A stretch of DNA of 24,454 bases from Patescibacteria group bacterium (GTDB lineage Bacteria > Patescibacteriota > Minisyncoccia > UBA6257 > UBA9933). Every line of letters begins with the position of its first letter. The first letter of the stretch is position 1. Below, one piece after another: positions 15,792 through 22,852 of this stretch. The notes under the pieces are model-generated. The model did no database searches and was not told the DNA's origin. It saw only the letters and a list, made by a program, of their open reading frames with translations. The position numbers and the translations under genes are program-made. Location: contig JBBUCW010000011.1 of the NCBI GenBank assembly GCA_038057615.1, positions 1 to 24,454 on the forward strand, given 5' to 3'.

Positions 15792-16442
15792 TTATAATTT
15801 TTTATTTTTAGCGCAAATTATTAAGTGAGCGCCTAATGACGGGAAAACATCTCCCAAAATCTCAAAAATTCTACCCAATTTATTTCTGCGAGTTGAAAAC
15901 AATAAATGAGAAGATATTGTTTCCAAAATTTCAAATCCTTTTTCTTTAATTAAATTTTCAGCAATCTTTTTATTATAAATATGATAATGATACGGGGCAA
16001 AAGCAAATAAAGGCATTTTACCGAAAAACATCAATAATCTATTGGCAACAAAAACTAAATTCGGCACTGTAATTATTAAAATTCCGCCTTGTTTTAGCGA
16101 ATTTTTTGCATTTTCCATGAATTTTAAATCATCAAACAAATGTTCAACTACTTCACCGGCAAATATCACGTCAAATTTTACTCCAAAATCCGGAATTCCA
16201 TCATTGAGATCCACTTGCTTTATATTTACGCCGTCAAGATGGCGCGGATTTACATCTACCCCAAAACAATTAACGCCTTCATTTTTTAATAAATCAACGA
16301 CTCCGCCCTTAGCAATGCCGCACTCTAAAATATTTAATCCTTCTATCTTTTCAAAATATCGCCGAATCAAACGAACGGCTTTTTTAATTCTTATCGGGTC
16401 CGGCACATCAAAATTTTCAAAAACTTGTTGTTTTATATCCAT
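15792..16442 (-). CDS. Class I SAM-dependent methyltransferase
   Basis: Motif I 'ILECGIAKG', 'GVDVN', 'FDVIFAGEVVEHL', and 'LKQGGILIITVPN'. Confidence 0.92.
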   Translation of the reverse strand: MDIKQQVFENFDVPDPIRIKKAVRLIRRYFEKIEGLNILECGIAKGGVVDLLKNEGVNCFGVDVNPRHLDGVNIKQVDLNDGIPDFGVKFDVIFAGEVVEHLFDDLKFMENAKNSLKQGGILIITVPNLVFVANRLLMFFGKMPLFAFAPYHYHIYNKKIAENLIKEKGFEILETISSHLLFSTRRNKLGRIFEILGDVFPSLGAHLIICAKNKKL

Positions 16443-16448
16443 ATAATA

Positions 16449-16454
16449 ATTATA
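16449..16454 (-). promoter_or_regulatory. Putative -10 box (TATAAT) 6 nt before the methyltransferase ATG (possible leaderless transcript)
   Basis: Minus strand reads TATAAT-TATTAT-ATG. Confidence 0.35.
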
Positions 16455-16575
16455 ATTTAATTTCTCTTTTTGTAAAATAGTATGATATAAATTTTTTTAA
16501 CTTAAGCCATTTAATCTCAAAATCGCTTAAATAATTATCTTGTCCTTCCCAATATTTTTCGTAAAATTTAGGCAT
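16450..16575 (-). pseudogene. 41-aa 5' relic, probably of another methyltransferase gene
   Basis: MPKFYEKYWEGQDNYLSDFEIKWLKLKKFISYYFTKREIKL*. Its ATG overlaps the stop of the GT4 relic (AATGCCTAA), like a genuine operon junction. The family assignment is from pattern recall only. Confidence 0.5.
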
Positions 16576-16768
16576 TTTTGATTATTTTATTATATTCCTT
16601 TGTCCATTTCTCCGCCACTTTATCGCAGGAAAATTCTTTTTCAACCAATTTACGGCCGTTTTCGCCCATTTTTTTCGCCAAATCCGGATTATTTAAAATC
16701 TTCAAAATGGCTTCGGTTAATTGTTTTTCGTCTTTTTCTATTACGATGCCGGCGCCGACCTTTTCAAT
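16568..16768 (-). pseudogene. 3' relic of a GT4 gene (66 codons, no start)
   Basis: IEKVGAGIVIEKDEKQLTEAILKILNNPDLAKKMGENGRKLVEKEFSCDKVAEKWTKEYNKIIKNA* aligns with the C-terminus of 17467-18654. There is an in-frame TAA immediately upstream. Confidence 0.9.
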
Positions 16769-17555
16769 TTAACTAATAATTTTTATTTCTTTTTTTAATT
16801 ATTTTAGTTATCCAATCATTAAATAAGTCGCAATTCTGAATAATACAATGTCCGCCAATTTTACCGAACATCACTTTCAAAACTGGTCTTATTACATTAT
16901 TTTTACCAAGTTTTTTATAACCTTCATTATAGTCGTTATTGGCAATTGTATAAACCTCATCAAAATTCAATTTCATTTTATCGCAAATTCTTTTAACCTC
17001 TTTTACAAAAATAATATTCCAACCATAATAAGTAGTGTCTAAAATTTTTAATAATTCTGTCGTTTCCGATTTTGCAAAACATTGAGTTTTTATACCAATA
17101 TCAGAAAAAATCTTTGCCGCTTCTTTCGCCTTTTTACCCCCAAAATATTTTATAAAAGTTTTAATACCTTTTTCCAAATTAGGATGAAGCCCGCGAATCG
17201 GACTATGCACGGCCGATGTTAAAATTTTATTTGTCATACCAACAGAAATAGTTGAATGAATAATCACTAATTTAGGCTGATATTTTTCAATATAATCCTT
17301 AGTAATTTTTATAAAATTTTTTGTATTTGGATAACAAATATGAACAATATCAAATTTTCCATCTAAATCATTGTTTTTATCGCGTAAAAAAATATTATAA
17401 TATGGCTTAAAAACATTAAATAAAGATCGACCAACTTCTCCGGCTCCAATAACTAAATGTTTTTTATTATTTTTCATAATTTTGTAATATTTTATTATAT
17501 TCCTCTATCCATTTCTCCGCCACTTTTTCGCTGGAAAATTCTTTTTCAACCAATT
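16584..17555. repeat. 67-bp near-identical direct repeats (16584-16650 and 17489-17555) bracketing the dehydrogenase gene
   Basis: 63/67 identical by manual alignment, offset 905 bp. Confidence 0.85.
16773..17477 (-). CDS. Short nucleotide-sugar dehydrogenase (UDP-Glc/GDP-Man dehydrogenase superfamily, WecC-like motif), lacking the C-terminal domain
   Basis: 'VIGAGEVG', 'HSTI', 'HSPIRG', 'TELLKILDTTYYGWNI', and catalytic 'IGGHCI' (Cys211). Only 234 aa. Confidence 0.8.
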   Translation of the reverse strand: MKNNKKHLVIGAGEVGRSLFNVFKPYYNIFLRDKNNDLDGKFDIVHICYPNTKNFIKITKDYIEKYQPKLVIIHSTISVGMTNKILTSAVHSPIRGLHPNLEKGIKTFIKYFGGKKAKEAAKIFSDIGIKTQCFAKSETTELLKILDTTYYGWNIIFVKEVKRICDKMKLNFDEVYTIANNDYNEGYKKLGKNNVIRPVLKVMFGKIGGHCIIQNCDLFNDWITKIIKKRNKNY

Positions 17556-18654
17556 CGCGACCTCGTCTGCCCATTTCAGCAGCAATTTGGGGATTTTCCA
17601 AAAATTTTAAAATCGCATCCGCAATTTGACTAACATCTTTTTCAACAACTAGACCGGCGCCAGCCGCTTCAACTTCTTTTGAAATACCAACTCCTTTTGT
17701 AACCACGACGGGCTTTCCCACAATCATCGCCTCAACAACCGCCATTCCGAAATTTTCCGAATAGGACGACAAAACAAAAATATCACTTTCGCGATAAGCC
17801 GCGATTTTATCTTCGCCCAAAATCATTCCCACAAAAATTACATCTTTACCAATTTTTAATTTGTAATTTGTAATTTGTAATTTAATCTTTTCTCCGTATC
17901 CGTCATCATCCGGTCCAGCTAAAACTAAAATTGCTTTTGGCTCTTTTTTAATCACTTCGGCAAATGCCGGAATTAAAGTATCTAATCCTTTTATTTTATG
18001 TAACCGTCCCATAAAAAGAACAACTAATCTATCCTTAGAAATTCCAAATTTTTCTCTAAAATTATTTATAGGATCTATATTAATATAATTGCTAAAATCA
18101 ATGCCATTTGGAATAATAATAGTCTTCTTTAAAGGTATATTTAATTTCAAATAATCATTTTTTTCTTTTTCAACCGTAAAATGGATTGCCTCGGCTCCGG
18201 CTAAATTTCTTTTTTCAATTAAAGAAATATAAATTTTCTTTTTTAAAGGATAATATTTAAGTGGTTCTTCCATAAAACTTCCCCGCGGCGAAATAATATA
18301 TGGTTTTTTAAATTTTTTAGCATAATAAGCGCCTAAGGTGGACGCGGCCAAAAAAACAGAAGTGATATGAATTAAATCGAAATCTTTTATATTTTTTGCT
18401 AAAATGCGATGAAACGCAAAAGAATATTTCCATGGTCGAAAACTAATTGGAAAATAAAAAACTTTAACGCCGTCAATATTAACGGCTTCGCCAAGCGAAA
18501 CATTTAAATTGTCTAAACCGTCAATATTTGTAGTATAAACAGCAACATCAGCGCCATTTTTAACTAACCACTTATTTAATTCGTGAACGCTTTTAATCGG
18601 CCCGCCATAGCGAATAGCCGGAAAATAAGCCGGAACAATATGAAGAATTTTCAT
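17467..18654 (-). CDS. Glycosyltransferase family 4
   Basis: 'ILHIVPAYFPAIRYGGP', 'SPRG', 'IPNGID', 'FMGRLHKIKGLD', and 'SYSENFGMAVVEAM'. Confidence 0.95.
   Translation of the reverse strand: MKILHIVPAYFPAIRYGGPIKSVHELNKWLVKNGADVAVYTTNIDGLDNLNVSLGEAVNIDGVKVFYFPISFRPWKYSFAFHRILAKNIKDFDLIHITSVFLAASTLGAYYAKKFKKPYIISPRGSFMEEPLKYYPLKKKIYISLIEKRNLAGAEAIHFTVEKEKNDYLKLNIPLKKTIIIPNGIDFSNYINIDPINNFREKFGISKDRLVVLFMGRLHKIKGLDTLIPAFAEVIKKEPKAILVLAGPDDDGYGEKIKLQITNYKLKIGKDVIFVGMILGEDKIAAYRESDIFVLSSYSENFGMAVVEAMIVGKPVVVTKGVGISKEVEAAGAGLVVEKDVSQIADAILKFLENPQIAAEMGRRGRELVEKEFSSEKVAEKWIEEYNKILQNYEK
17857..17883. repeat. Tandem heptamer (TAATTTG)x3 plus TAATTT inside the GT4 CDS
   Basis: Read directly from the sequence; encodes KLQITNYKL on the minus strand. 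Confidence 0.8.
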
Positions 18655-20073
18655 TTATTTTAAATTTTGTCTCATCTCTCTTCCGTATTTATCATTAATT
18701 CTTACAATGTCGTCTTCTCCTAAATAATCGCCGCTTTGTATTTCAATTATTTCAAGTGGCTCGTTGCCAAAATTTTCCAATTGATGCTTAGCGCCGACTG
18801 GTATATCAATGCTCTGATGGCAATTTAAATAAAATTCTTTTCCTTCTAATAATATTTTAGCTATTCCTTTAAGCACAACCCAATGTTCCGATCTTTTATT
18901 ATGATACTGCAAACTTAATTTTTCTTTCGGATTAACATAAATTTTTTTAACCTTAAAATTATCTCTTTCTTCTATAACTGTAAAAAAACCCCATGGACGA
19001 TAAACAGTCGGATGTCCAAAATATTGCGGCAGGCTATTAGCTTTTATTCTTTCTAAAAGACCTTTTATTTCATGGCTTTTTTCCCTATGAGCGACAAAAA
19101 CAGCATCTTCCGTATCAACCACTATTAAATCTTCCAAACCAATTGCCGCAACAATTCTTTTTTTCGTTCCGTATATTAAACATTTTCGGCAATTTTCGCC
19201 AAAAACATTTTCTCCTATCACATTTTTTTCAAAATCTTTAGGAAGTAATTGATAAAGAGACTTCCAAGTGCCAACATCTTGCCATTTAAAATCAGCTGAA
19301 ATCAATCTAATTTTTTTATTTTTTTCCAAAACGCCGCGATCAACAGAAATTGGAGAAATTAATTCATAAAGATGCGGCGACTCCAGCGCTTGATAAATTT
19401 TTGGAAGTGATTTTTTAATTTCTTTAAGAAAAACTTCCGCTTTCCAAACAAATATTCCGCTATTCCAAAGATACCCTTCTTTTAAAAATTGTTCTGCTCT
19501 TTGCTTATCGGGTTTTTCAATAAATTTTTCGACTCCATAATCAAAAACTGATGCTTGTTTTTTCGCCTTCTCTTTTATTTTAATATAGCCATACTCTGTG
19601 CTTGGATTAGTCGGCTTTATCCCAAATATTACTAAAAAATTATTATTAGCTGATTTTAATGATTTTTTTATGGTTTCGCCAAATTTATAGTCTGGTTTTA
19701 TTAAGTGATCGGCCGGGCAAACAACTATAATCGCTTTTTTATCTTTTTTAAAAATATATTTAGACGCCAAAGCAATCGCCGGCGCCGTATTTTTTTGAGC
19801 CGGCTCTATTATTAAATTTTCTTTATTTAAGCCAAAATCTTTTAATTGGATATAAACATCATCAGCTAAAGATCCGTCAAGCACAATATAAATTTTTAGA
19901 GGATCTATTATTTTTTTAAGACGCAAAAAAGTCTGTTGAATTAATGTTTTATTCCCAAAAATCTTGAGTAATTGCTTTGGATAAGATTTGCGGCTGATTG
20001 GCCAAAGCCGCGTTCCTGAACCGCCGCTTAAAATTACGCCATATAAATTTTGCGCTATTTTTTTTTGTTTCAT
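18655..20073 (-). CDS. manC: Mannose-1-phosphate guanylyltransferase / mannose-6-phosphate isomerase
   Basis: 'ILSGGSGTRLWPISRKSYPKQLL', 'NTAPAI', 'PADH', 'WNSGIF', 'WQDVGTW', and C-terminal cupin 'RPWG...LSLQYHNKRSEHWVV'. Confidence 0.95.
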   Translation of the reverse strand: MKQKKIAQNLYGVILSGGSGTRLWPISRKSYPKQLLKIFGNKTLIQQTFLRLKKIIDPLKIYIVLDGSLADDVYIQLKDFGLNKENLIIEPAQKNTAPAIALASKYIFKKDKKAIIVVCPADHLIKPDYKFGETIKKSLKSANNNFLVIFGIKPTNPSTEYGYIKIKEKAKKQASVFDYGVEKFIEKPDKQRAEQFLKEGYLWNSGIFVWKAEVFLKEIKKSLPKIYQALESPHLYELISPISVDRGVLEKNKKIRLISADFKWQDVGTWKSLYQLLPKDFEKNVIGENVFGENCRKCLIYGTKKRIVAAIGLEDLIVVDTEDAVFVAHREKSHEIKGLLERIKANSLPQYFGHPTVYRPWGFFTVIEERDNFKVKKIYVNPKEKLSLQYHNKRSEHWVVLKGIAKILLEGKEFYLNCHQSIDIPVGAKHQLENFGNEPLEIIEIQSGDYLGEDDIVRINDKYGREMRQNLK

Positions 20074-21527
20074 CTCTTAATAATCGTTAAAATTTCTTCC
20101 AACACTTTTTCTTTAAATAAATAAAGTGTGAAAAAATATAACACACTAGAAAATATAATATTAATTATAATATGGATACCTATTATTTCCAAAATATATG
20201 TAAAAAAACCCATAATCAAAGCAGCAATCACTGGCTTTATTAATCCGGAAAAAATTTTGAAATTGTAAATTTTTTTTCCTATTTGCCAAAGTAAAAAAGC
20301 GTAAATAAAAAAAGAAATTAGGGTAGCCAATGCGGCCCCCTCTATTCCATAATTTGGAATTAATAAAAAATTAAGCGCAATATTGCATATTGAAACAATA
20401 ATCGCATAATTTATAGTTTTTGCCTGCTTATCAAATATAAATAAAAGATTGGTAAGTATGGGCATAATATGAACCGCTAAAATTGAAATGAGAAGAATTA
20501 TAAAAGCGCCGGTAGCCGGTAAATAACTTGGACCAAATAAAAATCCCATAATTTGACCACTAAGCAAGATACCTCCAATTACCAAAGGAAAAGAAATAAT
20601 AAAAATTATTTTAAAAGATCCTTCTAAAACATTTTTTATCTTTAATGGATCAGAATGAGCCAATAGCGATAAACTCGGTAAAGTAGCCGTTGCGATAAAT
20701 CCGGGGAATATGGCGAATATACCAACAATTTTTTGAGTCGCCGAATAAAGCCCAATTTCATCAACCCCTCTCCACCAGCCAAGCATTATAATATCAACAT
20801 TAAATAAAAAAGTGCTGGCAAATCCACCAATTGCAAAAGGCCATGCGGATTTTAATATCGGCATTATTAAATTTTTTGAAAAATTTTTAGATATTCCTCT
20901 TATAAAAGGTTTTAGTAAAAAAGTGGCGACAATAACTCCAATAAAAGAAGCTATCATATTTGATATTGTAAAAGATTTCGGACTTGCCCAAAAATATAAC
21001 GCGATAAAGCCAAATAATGCTAAGGCAATATTGACCGCCACCACAACAAATGCCTCTAAATCCATTCTGTTCTTTCCTCTAAAAAAAGCCACAAAAAAAT
21101 CTTTTAAATCGTCAAAAATAAGAATCAAAGCCACAAAAGGAAGCAATAAAATAGCGCCTTCTACGCCGCTAAAAAATGGCGCGATAAAAATAATAAGAAA
21201 TGCGGTAATAACTAATAAAACAATTTCTATCCAAAAAGCAGTTGAAAAATAATAATGCTCTTTTTCCGGTTGCTTTGCCACCTCACGGGTTAAAATAGAA
21301 TCAACTCCGATATTCTTAAAAAATACAAAAAAGCCGGCTAATCCAAGGGCATAAGAAAAAACACCATATCCCTCAACACCAAGTTTTCTAGCCGCATAAA
21401 TAACAATGACAGCCTTCAATAAACGACTACCAACATTCCCAGTAAATAACCAAATAAAATTTTTAAAAATAGTACCGCGAATAGTTTTTGTTTCAAAAAA
21501 AAATAAATTTTTAATTTTTCTAATCAT
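20070..21527 (-). CDS. Wzx-type polysaccharide flippase, copy 2
   Basis: 'ARKLGVEGYGVFSY', 'VDIIMLGWWRGVDEIGLYSA', and 'LIPNYGIEGAALAT'; multi-TM. Confidence 0.92.
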   Translation of the reverse strand: MIRKIKNLFFFETKTIRGTIFKNFIWLFTGNVGSRLLKAVIVIYAARKLGVEGYGVFSYALGLAGFFVFFKNIGVDSILTREVAKQPEKEHYYFSTAFWIEIVLLVITAFLIIFIAPFFSGVEGAILLLPFVALILIFDDLKDFFVAFFRGKNRMDLEAFVVVAVNIALALFGFIALYFWASPKSFTISNMIASFIGVIVATFLLKPFIRGISKNFSKNLIMPILKSAWPFAIGGFASTFLFNVDIIMLGWWRGVDEIGLYSATQKIVGIFAIFPGFIATATLPSLSLLAHSDPLKIKNVLEGSFKIIFIISFPLVIGGILLSGQIMGFLFGPSYLPATGAFIILLISILAVHIMPILTNLLFIFDKQAKTINYAIIVSICNIALNFLLIPNYGIEGAALATLISFFIYAFLLWQIGKKIYNFKIFSGLIKPVIAALIMGFFTYILEIIGIHIIINIIFSSVLYFFTLYLFKEKVLEEILTIIKR

Positions 21528-22846
21528 ACAGTTTTTAATTCTTTCTCGCGCTTTATTAAAAAATAATGTATTATCAGCAATAATATAAAAATCTTAACCA
21601 ATCCCGCGTAAACCGGCGCAATCCAATCTTCCATTCCTTTAATAATGTTAAGCCATAAAATACTATAAATCATTACTCCCGAAAGAGAAATTTCTGTTCT
21701 TTTAATAAAATATTCATAAATTAAACGAAACAGCATCCCCATGAAAAACATTCCAAAAATAATTCCCGCTAATCCGAAATTCATATACCAATCGCCTATA
21801 ATAGTCACTCCAACGGTTGATTTAACATCCGGCGCCAGAAGACCGGAACGATGCCCAAAATCGCCACCTCCGCTTATAATAGGCTTATTCGTCCAAATAA
21901 ATCGAGGAGGGCCCAAGCTGATAAAAAAATTCAATAATGGTTTCCCGTATAAAAAAGGTTCATTCATTTCAATAATTCTAGAAAAAATAGCGAATTGATC
22001 TATCCTGGAAAAAATACTGTTAAAAGTAAAATTGCCTGCATTTTTAATATAAGCCAAAGAATTTTCTATATTTTTAATTGATTTTTCCGCTAATGGTTTT
22101 TCCACCAATGAATAGTGGCTTAAAATTTTCGGATTTCGGCAAGCATTTCCAAGAGGAAATAATATAATCACTGTTCCCATAGCTATAATAATAATCTGTC
22201 GCCAAGTAATGCGCGAAAAATAAGACCTTACAATAAGATAAAGAATAATCGGCATCGCCACAAAAGTTCGGTTGCATGACGGCAAAGCATAAATCATTTC
22301 CAGTATAAATACCCCCCATGCTATTTTTTGCCACAAATGATAACGCGCGTCATTATTTTTTTTAAAATAAAAATAACTTATGAACGCGATAATCAAAGCA
22401 ACATAAGACAACCAATCAAAAATACCCAATAAACTGTAAAAAGAATTTTTTTCAAGCCATGAATTTTGTTGCCAATAAGAATAAGCGCCGCCGAAAATTC
22501 TTAAAATTTTTATCCCTAATCCTAAAACAAAAACAACGCCAAAAACCCATGGCACTTTTTTAAAATCCCATTCTGATTTTAACTTTAAAAAATCCGGCAA
22601 CCGCCGAACAACAGAAAATGTTTGGCGATTATAATATCCAATCGCAAAAAAAATAAGACCAATGGTCAAATAAAAAAGCGCTTTATAATAAACATCTGAA
22701 GTTTCCCATAAAAATCCACGAATGCCGACAAAAAATAAAATTGACGATAAATAAAAAATAAAAAAATAATATAATATGACAGAATTTCCGAGTTCAAAAA
22801 AATCAAAAGATTTTATTTTATTTTTAAACCAAACCGCTATTTTCAT
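21524..22846 (-). CDS. Wzy-like polysaccharide polymerase (multi-TM membrane protein)
   Basis: About 10 hydrophobic segments with a large loop ('SRID', 'PPRFIWTNKP', 'DWYMNFGLAGIIFGMF'), positioned next to a flippase. Confidence 0.75.
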   Translation of the reverse strand: MKIAVWFKNKIKSFDFFELGNSVILYYFFIFYLSSILFFVGIRGFLWETSDVYYKALFYLTIGLIFFAIGYYNRQTFSVVRRLPDFLKLKSEWDFKKVPWVFGVVFVLGLGIKILRIFGGAYSYWQQNSWLEKNSFYSLLGIFDWLSYVALIIAFISYFYFKKNNDARYHLWQKIAWGVFILEMIYALPSCNRTFVAMPIILYLIVRSYFSRITWRQIIIIAMGTVIILFPLGNACRNPKILSHYSLVEKPLAEKSIKNIENSLAYIKNAGNFTFNSIFSRIDQFAIFSRIIEMNEPFLYGKPLLNFFISLGPPRFIWTNKPIISGGGDFGHRSGLLAPDVKSTVGVTIIGDWYMNFGLAGIIFGMFFMGMLFRLIYEYFIKRTEISLSGVMIYSILWLNIIKGMEDWIAPVYAGLVKIFILLLIIHYFLIKREKELKTV

Positions 22847-22852
22847 ATATTT

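Noticed and set aside
11744-17477. Integron cassette array
   Set aside because: I found no attC-like RYYYAAC...GTTRRRY inverted structures after the cargo genes and no integrase. The flanking repeats are GT coding sequence.
16584-17555. Diversity-generating retroelement TR/VR pair (near-identical repeat at a gene's 3' end)
   Set aside because: The four mismatches on the coding strand are G/A, T/C, A/T and A/T, so they are not confined to adenines of one copy. No reverse transcriptase is present in the window.
158-22334. Alternative-frame and antisense ORFs in the track (e.g. 158-433, 1569-1790, 3608-3961, 5524-5751, 8356-8697, 12279-12545, 16042-16446, 16578-16772, 20812-21252, 22074-22334)
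   Set aside because: They overlap well-supported genes, have no recognisable motifs and show the Ser/Phe/Ile-rich composition typical of shadow frames.
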